Origin: Sphyrna mokarran
Taxonomy: Eukaryota
Length of the DNA: 64,000 nt
Direction: 5' to 3'
Assembly: GCA_024679065.1 (NCBI GenBank)
Contig: JAGIQG010000003.1
Span: forward strand, 54,746,001 to 54,810,000
Below the pieces are notes generated by a model. It saw nothing but the letters and a program-made list of their open reading frames with translations. It was not told the origin of the DNA and made no database searches. How positions within the stretch are numbered: position 1 is the first letter of the stretch; every line of letters starts with the position of its first letter. This document shows positions 50,746 to 64,000 of this stretch, one piece after another. The position numbers and the translations under genes were made by a program.

Positions 50746-52627
50746 CAGGATAGAATGCTCCCACACTGCAGGTTTCTTGGTGGCATGAAATGCAGTCAAC
50801 GGGAATTCCTTCTGACAGTGAAGGGACCAGAAGATCCTGCTTCTAGAAAATGTCATGCCACCACCCACTGAGAGAAACACTCTATAGGGAGGCCAGAAAA
50901 CACCCCCTCTTTCTTTCACGCATGGGTTTCCAATCTCTGCTCCTGAAGAATTCACCTCAGAATTTTATCCAAAACCATGTTTTCACTTGGAACTAGAAAT
51001 ATTTCAAGTAAGCTGTACTTGTGTTATGCATATTTGGAATAAGCAATAGCTCTAAGTTTAAGTTTAATTTATATTTTGTACTTTACGTTAAGACAAAAGA
51101 ATTTTTCAACCAGGATCCACTGCTGAGATTTCAATCTCTGTTATGTTCCCTTTCTCTGGATTGCCTTGTGCATTTAAGCTTTACCTTCTATGAACACTCT
51201 CAGATACTCAGCCATACCAACAGAATACAACTGCTTCATAGGCCCATGATCAGGAGTCAACAATGTTTGGCTGTCTCCTCTAATCTCCTGACTTCTTGCA
51301 AGCCAACTTTGTCTCGGTTCTGTTTCTCACAACTTTTTCTTTTGAATATGGGGCTTTTTCCTTTGCTCCTCACTTTAACTTAACAGAACAGGGTCTTGTT
51401 CAGATTCCAGCTCTTATTCCTGAACTGAAGTGTCTTTCAGGGCCTCTCTTTTGTGTCCCATCCTTGGTTTGTGGGACCTTCTCCTGTTCAATTGGGAAAT
51501 CTAATTTCTGCATTTCCTGGCAGCTGCTTTCAACTGAACTAAAACTGCTTTCTGTTTCTCCCTGTGCCTGTGGACTTCTTTTGATAAGCAACAGCATGTT
51601 TTTTTTTCTGCTTTTGTGTTTTTTCTAACTTTACTTCAAAAGTTATAAAACCTTATTAAAATACAGGTATAAAACAGATTCACAGTGAAGGCCTCACTTT
51701 AAAGTAAAATCAAAGCTCAGGTTTCCAATGAACACACAAATACAAAATATAAATTAAACTTTAACATAACCACAATGCAAATAACTTACTTGGACTGATC
51801 TCTAGTTACTAACGATATTTGTTCTGTGTACAGACTGAATAATTTTGGTGACTGTACAGCCTCATTATACTCTTTAGTTGAATTATATCTGAATTCCCAT
51901 CTGTCTGATTCTCACTATTTGGTCCCAATATAGATTTTCGATAAATCTGAATGTTTCAGTTTCACCATTGCAAACCAGGCCAAAATATTTAAGTAGAGGT
52001 ACTTGCTGCTTTAATATTTATAGTATGATTTAAATTGTATTTGTGACAGATTGGGTTCATTTTCAAATTCTTCAAATAGTCAGGAATAAAATTAAATCTG
52101 TTATCTTTTGATGTCTCTGGAGGCAACAGTCAAATAAATGAATGGGCCATATTTGTCATGAGTAACAAGCAATACATTATAAGTTGGTTCCATTTAATTA
52201 ACCTAGTTGCCCTTGTTATGAATGAAGGATGTAATGAAAGTTAAAGTAGAATATTGTAAGCATTGAATAATATCATGTCTCATGAATAATATCAATATCA
52301 GCTCTCCAGCCCTTGGAGACAAAAAAAATGAATTACATTTCTGTTTTTTTATTGCCTGGTCTTGTGAAAGTAAAGCAGAAGGGAATGAGATCGACATTTT
52401 CTAATTCACACTTCAAATCACACACACGTAGCTTACAGGAACCTGCTGCATTTTTGAAGTTTAAACCTGGGTTTGGGCTTCAGCAAGGACATTGATCTTC
52501 CTGGGATGTGAAATTTTTAGGTGACCTGGGATGATTCTTTGAAAGGATCTGGGAGTTTTATGGGAAAATTAATATTCGGAGGGTAATAATGGCCATGATG
52601 TTCTGGGCTATCTGTAACGGAACTCTG

Positions 52628-53690
52628 ACAGGGAAATTCTCCCAAAAAAGTTCTAAGTGCTGAACTTGTGTAAATCGCAATTGCTATTTTCAGTGGGAGC
52701 TCATGCTTGAATCTCCCACACACTCAGCAATGCAGAAATCACTATGATGATTATCATTAAAAGCTTGGGGGGTGGCGGGTAAACCCTATTTGCATTGAAA
52801 TTCTGAAACTCTGCACATGCACAGTGGTGCCAAACTGACAGCCTCCCCCTTGCTGGCCAGCTCAATTGCTGCCTCACCCAGGACCATTACAGTGCTGCCC
52901 TTCCAGCATCCCTCCCCTCTCCCCTCACAGCCCCCATGACAATACCTGGGCCAGCCCCACTGTCCAGGAGCACCCTCATCTCCAGCATCCTCTTCCCCCC
53001 TAGCAGTGATGATTCTGTCCTTCCCGACCTCTTCTCCCTCAGTCTCCAGCAGACACCTCACACCATGGGAGGCAGATCCACCCCCCCCCACCCAGTAGAC
53101 ATCCCCCCTCTCCCCCCAACCCCAACAGTCTGCCCGATCGCTAGCCTCCCTCCAGCCTCAACTGGATCTCAGTGCAGTGTGGCAGTGGGACCCTCTACCA
53201 CTGATTGCCCTTAACCTGATGGTAGTGCCTATGTGCCATCTGGGCATGGGCACATTTCCCCTTAGAGATACAGGCTGACACTGTCAGGGTGTCCATGCCC
53301 AGGGGGCCCCACCTTTCTGCTGCCTAATGCCCCCAGGGGGTCCTGATCGCTCTCCCTTCACTCCAGAGTGGTCTCCCGCTAGTTCCCTGAAAGTGGGGAC
53401 CTGCTATAGGCCCCGCTGGAGTGAAATTGTACTGGCAGGGAGGGAGATGCTATCAGGCCTGGAGAATTAAGAACTCCACGGGCCCAATAATGACCTTTAA
53501 ATTACATTAAGATTAAAATCACTTACCTGCTGTTCCCGCTGGTTTCCAGTGTGGGCATGACTGCGTCGGATATCTGTCACTGGAAGATGTGTGCACATTG
53601 GGAATGCATGCGTAAATCCCCTGAATCAGCGCACATGTGATTCTGCCAGCCCAACCTGTCAAAATATTAGTGGGTCAGGATTGGATAACC
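52628..53690. mobile_element. Non-autonomous DNA element (related to about 16715-17520)
   Basis: Starts gggaaattctccc...ctaagtgctgaa, shared with the subterminal sequence of the 838 element; C-rich core. Confidence 0.45.
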
Positions 53691-54189
53691 AGCTGCTGAG
53701 TGTCTGAGATCGCAAGACCTTTCGATCATAGAACTGAGCAGTTTGTGTCCAGCTTAGCTTTTCCCTGTTCACATTGGTAACCCATGGGTTCAGTTATTGA
53801 AACCCAGGCACTGGGGTCAAACTGATTGTGAGAATGTTGGGGTTCTTGACCTCTTTCACAATTCCAGCAGTCTACTGTGTGACTGCCACTGCAAAATACA
53901 TTGCAAGGAACTTCAAAGTTGCCTGAAAGTCTCCAGCATGGAAGGCTCTGATATCATTTTGAAGACGGCTTCAGAAGTAGAGTGGGAAGGGAGAATGAAA
54001 CTGTGTGGAAAAAACCCAGAGGACAGCTGAATGGGCTGGAATTTGTGATCGCATTTCGATCATATCAATTCATTTGCATTTCCTGGCTCTACCTCGCTAA
54101 AATACTCAGTAGGTGTGGTGTGGATCTGTACAGCAGAATCAGAGCTATATTTAAGAGGACAAACAAAGAGAGATTGAGGGAGTTCAGAA

Positions 54190-54360
54190 ATGGATGGTGA
54201 CATTGAGTAAGGGCAGGAACAAGATTCAATTATGCAACATTGGATGCAGTCAAGGGCGGGAAGAATTTAATTCTTTCCAGCAATGGAAGAAATAAAACTG
54301 CCATCTGACCAAGCTAGTATGGTTAGAGATTATCATTAGGAAGTGAATGGCAGGAATGCT
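54190..54360 (+). pseudogene. Second Myb/SANT-like (Harbinger) remnant
   Basis: RAGTRFNYATLDAVKGGKNLILSSNGRNKT...VWLEI, degenerate. Confidence 0.4.
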
Positions 54361-54939
54361 GTAATATTAGCTGTGTCCCCTCTTTCTGGTTATTACCCAC
54401 TGATCTCAGATAGGGAGAGAAGGAATATCAGCTCCTTTATCCTGCTCCAGCTATAACCCTCCCTGCAGTGTGTATTGTGCAGAACACAGCACACTGGCTG
54501 GTGAGAACAGAATGTTGTCTCCTGACCTATCTATGTCAGTAGTTTGTTCAGCAACACCAACTGTGGGCACATGCTGTCATGAATCACTCCTTAATCATTG
54601 GGACTATAATCCAAGTCGGATGGGGATGTCTGTCATCTCCAATGAGTCTGCTCCCAAGAAAGAAAAGATCCGGATGTTGGGTTCCTGCTCCTAATCACAG
54701 CCAAGTGTTCCCTGCTTTGGAGACAGAGGGGAAATCAGCTAGGGTTCCCCGACTTTCTCTCTGCACCTCTCTCAATTCCCCACTCTCACTTTGATATGAA
54801 GGTATGATAATAGTGCTGAGGAAATCTGTTGCAGTTCAGACTGAACTTCTTTTCCTGGTTGTACACCAGCTGCAAATTGATGGGTGAATATCCCTTGCAT
54901 TTTATGGTACCTTCTGGTTGCTGTGGTAATGTTTGAATT

Positions 54940-55092
54940 GTAAGAAGTCTCGCAACACCAGTTAAAGTCCAACAGGTTTATTTGGAATCATAACTTTTTT
55001 GGAGCATTGCTTCTTCATTAGCTTGTGATTCCAAATAAACCTGTTGGACTTTAATCTGATGTTGAGAGATCTCTTACTGTGCTCATTCCAGT
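54940..55092. mobile_element. Foldback element, centrally deleted
   Basis: aaagtccaacaggtttatttggaatca / tgattccaaataaacctgttggacttt arms. Confidence 0.8.
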
Positions 55093-56514
55093 ACAACATG
55101 AATAGTCATGCCTGTGCAATCAGTGGCTTCCTAGATCTATGGGAATACAGTCAAAGAAATGAATCCAACTGTCTGCTCACTGGAACTATTCTTTACTGGG
55201 ACCTGCAATTCAAGTTCCTCCTCATGCTATTTGTCAATCTGAAACTTTCAAAGTTTAAAATAAAGTTGTATCCACGCAAGAACTCTGTTGAATATTTGCC
55301 AGCGGGAACTGAGACACGAGTTTCAACGCGTGAGTTTTTATTCAGCTGGGGCAATGACAAATTTAAATACCCACCTGTCCTGGAGTTTAATCTGGCTTCC
55401 ATTTCATTGGTAATTTTCACAACCCAGGAAACCCATTCTGATTGAGTGAAATATGGAGGCACATTAAAAACAATATAAAAATACTTCATTAATGCTTTCC
55501 AGAACTAATGCTTTCATTCATCCAGTTAGAAAATATCTGTCTTCAACAAAACTTCCATCAGAATCCCAGGCATCTTTGCTAATTTGGAAGTTGCCAAAAT
55601 GAGAGCTTAGTTATAGTACTGAAAAATAAAAATCAGATTTTGCTCCCCACCCATCCCCAACCCAGCCACTCTTCGGATTAAAATTCATTCCTAACTCTGT
55701 GACCAGATACAGGGAGAGTAGAGCTCTGCAAACTTCCTCTCTTCACTGGAGAACTTTGTCCTTTCACTTCCACTTCTGGCAGTCTACCATTCTCTTGCAC
55801 ACGACAGACCCCAGGAAGTGGCAGTAAAAGGGGTGCAAAAAAGAGATCATGTACCAGGATCCAAACTCATCCCCATTGCTATTTGTAGGCAGTAGTCAAC
55901 AAAAGAAGGTGGGGGTGGGAAACACCAGTTAGGTGGTGAATGGGGTGGTAGATGTCAACTCCCTTAATTTCATTCAACATTTATACCATTTTTCCTGGAT
56001 TCATACAGATCTTCCACTAAAATGACAGCAAATGAATAGACATCTTCTGTATAAGTTGACCCTTTAAATTGCCCCCATGCTGTGATTCTATTGTATGATA
56101 GAATCATGCAATTGTCATACTAATACTGACAAATTTAGAAGCAAGACAATCATATCTTAACATGATTGCTTTGAAATGATCAAAGTGTGTTTTACTAAAT
56201 GGTTGGGGCTGCCACAGTGTAAAGAATCGCACGGTTATATCACTGTTGAAGTATTTCATTACTTAATTATGGATAACTACTTTATCAAAATGACTGAAAT
56301 AAATTGAATTTCTTGATTATTTAGTAGATTGTAAGAACATGAGACAAGAAGAGTCAGTTTAGTTAATCAGTATTTAATTTTATACTATGCTAACGATTAT
56401 TCTTCAACTACAACGTGCTCACACTTGGCCTTTCCGTTAATCACCTGAACTGACACATTGACCCAAATTTTCCAGATTCCGGATCATTGGAGATGGGACG
56501 CAAGGTGGGACGTA

Positions 56515-57275
56515 GAAAAGTAGAAACATAGAAGATAGGAGTAGGAGGAGGCCATTCAACCTTTCAAATCTTACTGCCATTCGTCACAATCATGGCTGAT
56601 TGTTTAACTTCTTGATCTAATCCTGCTTCTTCCTTATAACCTTTGATCAATTCACCAAAGTGCTATATCTAACTGGCTCTTGAATACATTCAATGTTTTC
56701 AAATCAACTATTTTGTGGTAATGAATTCCACAGGCTCACCACTCTTTGAGTGAAGGAATGTTTCGTTATTTATGCCCTAAATGGTCTACCCTAAATCCTC
56801 AGAATGTGACGCCTGGTTCTGGACACATCCACTATTGGAAATTTCTTTCCTGCATTTATGCTTTCCAGTCCTGTTAGAATTTTATAAGTCTCTGTGAGAT
56901 CCCCTTCATTTGTCTGAACTCCAGTGAAAACTCCAGCGAAAACAATCCTAACTTAGTCACTCTCTCCTCATACACCAGAATCACCCTGATAAACCTTTGC
57001 TGCACTCCCTCGCGAGCAAGAACATCCTTCCTCAGAAAAGGAGACCAAAACTGCAAACAATATTCTAGGTGTGGCCTCACCAAGGCCCTGTATAATTGCA
57101 ACAACACATCCTTGCTCCTGTACTCAAAACTCTCACAATGAAGCCCAGCATACCATTTGCTTTCTTTACCATCTGTTGCACCTGCCTGCTTACCTTCAGC
57201 GACTGAGAAGGACACGCAGGTCCCGCTGCACACTCCCTCTCCCAATTTATAGCCATTCAGGTAGTAATCTGCCTG
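56515..57275 (-). mobile_element. CR1 LINE 3' fragment
   Basis: LYRALVRPHLEYCLQFWSP motif and agaaacatagaa tail. Confidence 0.9.
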
Positions 57276-59264
57276 AAACACATCCTAATGGGTTTGAGAT
57301 GTGTGTCTAATGTGTATTTCAGATCCTCAGAAGCTCTGATGTACAAATATATGTGAAAATTGCTCAGAAAGTACAAACTTTTCAATGGGCTGATTTCTAC
57401 TGCCTGGGACCCTCTGTGAATGTCCCAAACCTAAGCTCTGGGCATGAATCAGTAGAAATTATCTACATCCTTACTCTGGGAGTGCCACATTGTTTAATAT
57501 CTAGTCTAACTTGAGTGTAACTCAACTGAGTCCAAAATCAAACCCCCCTGCCCCAAATCAATCCTGAGCCAGCCTGACTTGACTATTCTCCTGACCATCC
57601 GAATACTCCCCCAACTACCTAACTATTCCACGACCACCATTCCCACTATACAATTACTACCAACCAGGCCAAACTACCACCTATTCACTTTGATTTGTTC
57701 TCATGACCATTCTACTATCAATCCGACCAGACCCAGCTACTACCGTGACCATCCAACCAGACCAAACTAACCTCCCCCCAAGCCCAACTTTACTACAACT
57801 ACGCCTCATCCACCCAGCTGTCCTCATCCACCTAACCACCAACTCACTCATCCTTTTGCTTAGTCACTTACTGAAAAATGAGGACTGAGAGTTCCTGATC
57901 TGCCAAGGCATGTTTTCCTGAGGCAGAGGTGGCTCACCATTGGCCACCAGCAGGATCTTCCAGTCCCAACAAAGTCAGTGACCATACGTGTTGGGCCAAC
58001 CAGAAGGAGGTTGCCTTCAGTGGGACTGGAACGCCCAAAAAATTCTGCTCAAAGGTTTCTTTAAAGGGGAAGTGTTCCCCCTTCCATTTCTTTTTGCAGC
58101 CAACAGTCTCCCCCAAGAGACTGATACTTTAATGATTCAGCTGGGATCAGAAGGAGCGACTAAAATATTGTGAAAGAGTCAGGTTACGGAACAGGATGGC
58201 ATTAACAAACTCAGCATTGACTCTGAATGGAAGATTTAGGCCATTATTCCAAATTCAATGACATTTTCATCACTGAGAGCAATATCTTTTCCTCCTTGAA
58301 TTAAGATGTCCAAGATCACAATCTAATGTTGTTGCTTTGACCCTGAACTGAATGCCTCCAGAAGCTCTGTAAACCAACAATTAAAATTCTGCAAAATCTC
58401 TTCACAGGACAATCATACTTAATAACAGCATAACCTTAAATGTAGCTTAAGAGTTCTTTTCAAGCTGCACCTGCCGTTAATGAAGCAATCTAGTCGAGGT
58501 GTTACTAGTGATGTCCACTAGAACTCTGCCACAGAATTGGCAAGGGTCCAACAATGGAAATCTGTTGATCTCAGGCAGGAATTTCCGGTCTCACCCAAGA
58601 GAGGCCATAAAATCTGGCCTAATCCCTGTTTGAATCATAGTTGTTGTAAAATGAGAACATTCATTCTCAGAAGAGTAGGTATCAGATAAAACCAATAGTG
58701 TCTATTTGAAACCTACATTTTGTTTCAGGTTAGGTTCATGCTTATTTTTCAAAATTTGTTCTTGGGATGTGAGCAAACCATTACTTAATGCTCATTCCCC
58801 AGAATGATGAAGGCAGTAAAAGTCAACATGTAGCATCGCATTTGAGTCACATAATTTTACCTTAGCATCTATATTTAGCTTGTTCTCTTACCCAGTTAGA
58901 TCTGAGATAGATTTTTGTGTAATCTCAGCAAAGTTTGTCAACGTTGGAGTATAAATCACACTTCAAATTTTGGCACACATTCTCCAAATTCACAATTCTG
59001 TGCCTGTTTTGTATTGGAGAATGCTGAGACTTAAAGGAATCTCCATTCTCTGGGATGACTGGATGTGTCACAACATTTATGCCGTATGTTCCCCCATGAG
59101 CAATTCAATTGAAAAAAATTGAAAGTTCACTTTATATTCACATCAGCTTTAGTACAAGAACCCTTTGTTTTAGTCTTACTTAGATGGCATCAAAACAGCT
59201 CTAAACAATAAAATATAGAGGTTACATGGACCTTTAAAATGTAACTTATAAAATCATAATAAAT

Positions 59265-59475
59265 AGGCAAAATACTGTGGATGGTGCAGATCTGAAAAAA
59301 CAGAAAATGCTAGGAATACAATGCAGCATCTGTGGAGAGAAAAGCAGTTAATGTTATCATTATAACATTATTAATGATCAATATTTATTGTTACAACAGT
59401 CAAAAGTACATTACATAATAGAGATCTCTGTTCATAGTTATGAAGTTAACTTCAGTTCTGGAGAAAGATGCTAAC
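59265..59475 (+). mobile_element. Fragment of another shark Penelope-associated repeat (related pieces at about 7250-7332 and 10830-10910)
   Basis: aaaacagaaaatgct...gcagcatctgtggagagaaaagcagttaatgtt motif is shared among the three sites. Confidence 0.55.
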
Positions 59476-59809
59476 CTTTACAATGGTCTATGCAAAAGTT
59501 TTAGGAATGATTTGAGCCGGCGTTCTCTGACTGTTCCTGATGGTCGGGTTCTCTAGTTCCATAGCAGTGAACAGAGATTTGGCTGAGTGCCAAATTATCC
59601 ATCCTCATTTGCAGTGGCAGTGGGGCATGAATGGCTGGAGAATTCTGGCCACTGTATTTCTAATTTACCAATATGGGTGAACTTTCAATTATAGGGGCTT
59701 AAGAAGTCATTCTTAAGCCTTCTCTGCCATTTAACTTAATCATGGCTACTTCCAGTACTATCCTTATACCACTTGATGTCATTAGATATCCAGAAATATA
59801 TCCACACAA

Positions 59810-60104
59810 GAACCATAGAACTATTGAATCCTTGCAGTGCAGCAAGATGCCTTCTGGCCTATCAAGTCTGCACCATTTCTTCAAAAGAGCATTTCACCAA
59901 GAACATTTTCTCTGCCCAATCCCAGTAATCCCACACATTTACCGTTGCTAATCCACCTAACCTATATATCTTTGGACTATGGGAGGAAATAAAAGCACCT
60001 GGAGGAAACCCACACAAACATGGGGGAATGCACAAACTCCACATCGTCAGTCTCCTGAATCAAACCTGAGTCCCTGGTGCCATAAGATTGCAGTGCCACT
60101 CTGC
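59810..60104 (-). mobile_element. V-SINE
   Basis: tctttggactatgggaggaaat...aaactccac (reverse V-domain). Confidence 0.8.
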
Positions 60105-60420
60105 TTTGAAATGCTGAATGACTGAATGCCAACAGCCCTTTGAGATAAAGAATTCCAAAGATTTTCCATCACTAGCTGAGCTAATTCCTCCTCATCTTTG
60201 TCCTACATGGTCTATCCTTTATTGTGAGACTGTGCACCTTCATTCTTGACTCCTAATCAAAGGAAACACGCATCCAGCATCTACCCTGTTGAATCCTATA
60301 AAAAATATTAAACACTTCAATGAGATCAATTCTGCTAAACTCTGGAAAATATGGGCCCAATCTCCTCAATCTTTCCTCATTGGTCATTTCAGACACCCCA
60401 GGAATCTTTTAGTAAACCTA
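60105..60420 (-). mobile_element. CR1 fragment
   Basis: Degenerate CR1 RT C-terminal sequence. Confidence 0.6.
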
Positions 60421-60846
60421 GACAGAGCCCTGGCTTTGCAGCTCATCTGCCTATTATAGAAATTGCCTGATTTTTTATTTCCATTGCATTCAGTGGTAAC
60501 AGATATCACATGTTTTCCATAACAGATAATCCACCAGTTAAGTTATGTTTCATCCAGGTGACAATCAAAATCTACCCAACTGCTTTTAACGCTTAGCCAT
60601 GACACTTGAATTTAATTTTTAGTCATATATATTTACTCTAAATGTGATTTTATCAAGGGATAGCATTCCTTTTTTCAACAATGTCCTTTAGGAAAATTGA
60701 TTCTTGAAGTAATTTGTTACAAATGTTTTAAAGTTGCTGTAAATCACTCTGGCATATCAATAGAGTACATTTCCATTACAGTAGTACCAGCAACTACTAC
60801 TGAGTATCACTTCAAGATGAAGGGAGGACGGAGCATGAAATAGCAT

Positions 60847-61998
60847 GGACAGGATTCTCTATGGGTTCTGCTTGCTTCGTGTCTTTAAGCTGGGGTTGAC
60901 CAAAGTCTCAGATGCCTAAGTGAAGGTCCTTAAGTGTCCACTTAATGATTTTTCCTGTCCAGCCTCAACTTTTAGGCTAGCAGGCAGCTGTTAGTTCAGT
61001 TGGGAGGTGGTTGGAAGCACATAAGCAAAGATAGTTGGATCTTGGATGGGAAGAGTAGGATATGCCTCCAGTAGAAGTCTCCTTCTGACTGGTGGTGCCT
61101 TCCCCTTAAGGCCAGATCTCCCCTTCCTTTTTCCCATTGAAGACACCAAACATGACCCTTATGACCCCACCACCCCCCAGCCTTCCCTTTCCTCTCTATC
61201 CTGGGGCACCTATCACTGACTTTATTTTCTGGCACCTGGCACTGAGTGTCAAAGCCTCTTCTGGTCTCGCATGTTCTGCCTTTAGAGACTGGAGAGCCTC
61301 TGCCAATCTGTTTCATCCGCAACTCTCCAAAGTGGGACTTCCCCCAAGTGAGGAATGGCTCATACCAATAAATGTTAGTTAGTGTGTAATATGGCACCAG
61401 AGCAACTGGAGCCAAATGTGTTCCCCACCAACTCTTTGGGGGCATAGCCTTACCATAGTGAAATTTCAGATCTTGAAGATGGCCAATTAAGAAGTCTTCT
61501 CCATGTTCATCATCCAAATAAGGATGGCTGATGGGTCCCCAAAGTGAGAGGCATTAAGATGTGGATAAATGGACACTCCGATGGGAGAGGTGTGTGCTAC
61601 TGAAGCATTTAAGGGACAATGAGGACATAGCAAGGCATATGGGAACGGCCTTATTGTCTGGCTCTCATTGGTGAGAAGGAACTTCTCCAGAGGATTGCTT
61701 GTAGTCATACCTGTGCCCTTGATCCCTATGGACTTTAGGATGCATGCCTGGGAGCACCATTTGCCTTGAGTTTTGGACACAGCAGGAAGCCTGTCCACCA
61801 CAGATCTCAGCAGCAACTGCATCTTGCCCTTAAATTAGTCACTCAAGAAGTCCTAAATGTCTTCTTTCCACTGCCAAGCCTTTGCTCCCTGCTGCCAATA
61901 TTTGTCTGAGGTAAGAAGCACAAGGATAGGAGATAACCTGGCACATGATGCTTAGAATCTACTCAAATCTGCCTCCACAGCGACAGAAAATTCTATCC
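60847..61998. mobile_element. TIR-bounded non-autonomous DNA element
   Basis: ggacaggattctct ... agaaaattctatcc imperfect inverted ends. Confidence 0.45.
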
Positions 61999-62589
61999 AT
62001 CACCTGGAATTCAGTTATTCCTAGTAACTGAGATCTGTTAATGTCCCGCAGTACAAATAAAGTAGTTTTAGTAAGGTAGATTAATGAAAAATTCTGTATT
62101 ATAAAACATATTTACATTTTTGTGAGGGATATTAAACCAACTGACCCCTCAGATGGACATAAGTGGTTTCATGAAATAACAAAGAATAGGGGAGGAGTAT
62201 CTTATCATTTATAATATTTATCCCTCAGTTAACACCTCAAAGCAGAATATCTGACAATTTATTTAATTGCTGTTTAAATGAGCTTGCTTTCTCAAATAGG
62301 CATTTTTGTAATACATTTAACGAGGCCATGTTATGGACTTCTTGGAATACAAGCTTTCTGATTAAGGAATTAATGGCTTTTCTAATCAGGGAGCCCTACA
62401 TGTGCGCATAATGTGGAGTATCAGGATTACAACCACTCTGGGTTTATAATCTGTACAAGAAAGTATCTATATAAATGTCACTTATTTTGTAAATAAATCT
62501 AAATTTAGTGAAGAGACACCAGCCTTGGTGGAGTTATTCAATTTTCTACATCAGAGCAGCAACAAATTCTGAAGGATTTTCAAAAATCC

Positions 62590-63165
62590 TTCACAATGCT
62601 TGCCTTTGTTGGTCAGAGTATTGAATACAAAAGTCAGAATGTCATACTGCAGCTTTAGAATACTTTGGTTAGGCTGCATTTAGAATTCTGGTCATCACAT
62701 TACAGGAAGAATGTGGAGGCTTGGGTGGGTACATAAGGGGCTTACCAGCTCAAAGGAGAGGCTGGATAAAATAGAGTTGTTTTCTCTGGAGTAGTGGACT
62801 CTGAGAGGAGAGCCGAAAGAAGTCTATAAAATTATGAAAAACATGGAAAGAGTTGACAGAATCTTTTCCCCAGAGTTGAGATGTTTAATGCTAGGGGGCA
62901 GGTACTTAAGGTGAGAGAGGGAAATGTCAAAGGATTTGTGAGGGGCAAGTTTTTTACACAGAGTGGTATCTGTCTGGAGGGCAGCCAAGGCTAGTGGTGC
63001 ATACGAAAGGAGTGTTTAAGAGGTTTTTAGATAAGCACATGAATATACAAGGAATAGAGAGATATGGGCCAAGGGCAGACAGAAGGGATTAGTTCGATTT
63101 GGTATCATGTTTGGCACAACATTGTAGGCTATAGGGCCTGTTGCTGTGCTGTACCGTTCAATGTT
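62590..63165 (+). mobile_element. CR1 LINE 3' fragment
   Basis: MLAFVGQSIEYKS, LVRLHLE and FFTQ motifs; gggcctgttgctgtgctgt tail. Confidence 0.85.
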
Positions 63166-63514
63166 CAGTGTTCTTTGTACAATTCTTTAGGTATCCTGAG
63201 ATTCAGAATGGTGACATACAAATGAAAGTTTGTCTTTTTTACTTTATTCTGGGAATTGGCATTTCCAGCTGTTGTTTAATCTGGTATTTAATCAAGACCA
63301 GTACACTTGACATTGTTACAGTTCAGTACAGACCACATGGGAAAGCTGGAAGAAAGTGACGAGACGTTTATCAAAGATAAGATTCATTTTACATTAGGTA
63401 ACCTCCTCGTGAAAACAGGAAAGTTGAAAATAAACTGAGTGAAATAAAACTGCTCAGGTGAATCTGTTAATACTATTCAATTTCCTGCTCAGCAAACAAA
63501 TGATTCAGTTATCC

Positions 63515-63900
63515 AGTTTGAAAAAGACTTAATGTTCAGTAAATCAAACCTCAGGGATACCAAGGTGTAATTTTAGTAATATGTAAACTCCTTGATGTTT
63601 CTTTATCCCCAATTACAACAATAGTCATGTTAATTTTAGAGAATAACTGTAAAATCTATTGTTTAGAAAGAGTTGTGAAACAAGAACTGAGAAGGAGGGA
63701 AGAACTCAAGGAAATTACAATTACCAAGGAAGTGTTGCTTACCATATTGTTGGAATGAGGGTTTAATAAGTACCCAGGTCCTAATGGATTTCACCCTAGG
63801 GTCTTAAAAGTAGCGGCTGGTGAGATAATTTATGCATTGGTTTAAATTTTCACTAGATTCAGGAAAGGTTTCATTAGATTGGAAAACAGCTAAAAAGAAC
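63515..63900 (+). mobile_element. CR1 ORF2 fragment
   Basis: KYPGPNGFHPRVLK and SLDWKTA motifs. Confidence 0.7.
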
Positions 63901-63908
63901 TTTCCATA

Positions 63909-64000
63909 CACCTGACAAAGGAACAGTGTTTCTGAAAGCTTATGAGTTTACTATCAAATAAACTTGTTGGACTTTAACCTGGTGTGGTGAGACTTCTTAC
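63909..64000 (+). mobile_element. Foldback-family arm with a degenerate hammerhead, running off the window end
   Basis: CAC-CTGACAA-AGGAACAGTGTTTCT-GAAA-GC-TT-ATG followed by caaataaacttgttggactttaacctgg. Confidence 0.75.

Noticed and set aside
60996-61517. 173-aa minus-strand ORF
   Set aside because: Lies within a TIR-bounded repeat and shows no domain similarity.
62329-62564. Short solo LTR (TGTTATG...AATAAA...AACA)
   Set aside because: Suggestive ends, but no TSD or second copy, so it is not supportable.
47834-64000. Opsin exons 3-4
   Set aside because: No TM6/TM7 sequence (CWLPY, AKSS, NPIIY) was found by eye or in the ORF track. The acceptor-like site near 58728 does not read as opsin.

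Overview
Vertebrate genomic DNA, most likely a cartilaginous fish (shark-type CR1 LINEs, V-SINEs, Deu-domain SINEs and Penelope-derived foldback repeats); not prokaryotic. The only host gene I can support is a TMT-type non-visual opsin on the + strand: coding exon 1 at 21579-21954 and exon 2 at 47505-47833, in matching splice phase. The later exons, including the retinal-binding Lys, are not seen and probably lie beyond the window. Intron 1 (25.5 kb) is inflated by a nested stack: a 31-bp satellite is split by a LINE, which is split by a 12.3-kb decayed minus-strand LTR provirus (32501-44759), which itself holds further LINEs. The provirus has two LTRs, a tRNA-Arg-like PBS, a coiled-coil gag, a DTG protease, a spumavirus-like RT and an env-like gene that looks more like a class I F-type fusion protein than a typical SU/TM; I interpret it as lokiretrovirus-like. 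The second highlight is a set of at least seven short foldback elements carrying minimal type I hammerhead ribozyme motifs, some flanked by target-site duplications. All translations and alignments were done by eye, and the boundaries of decayed repeats are approximate.
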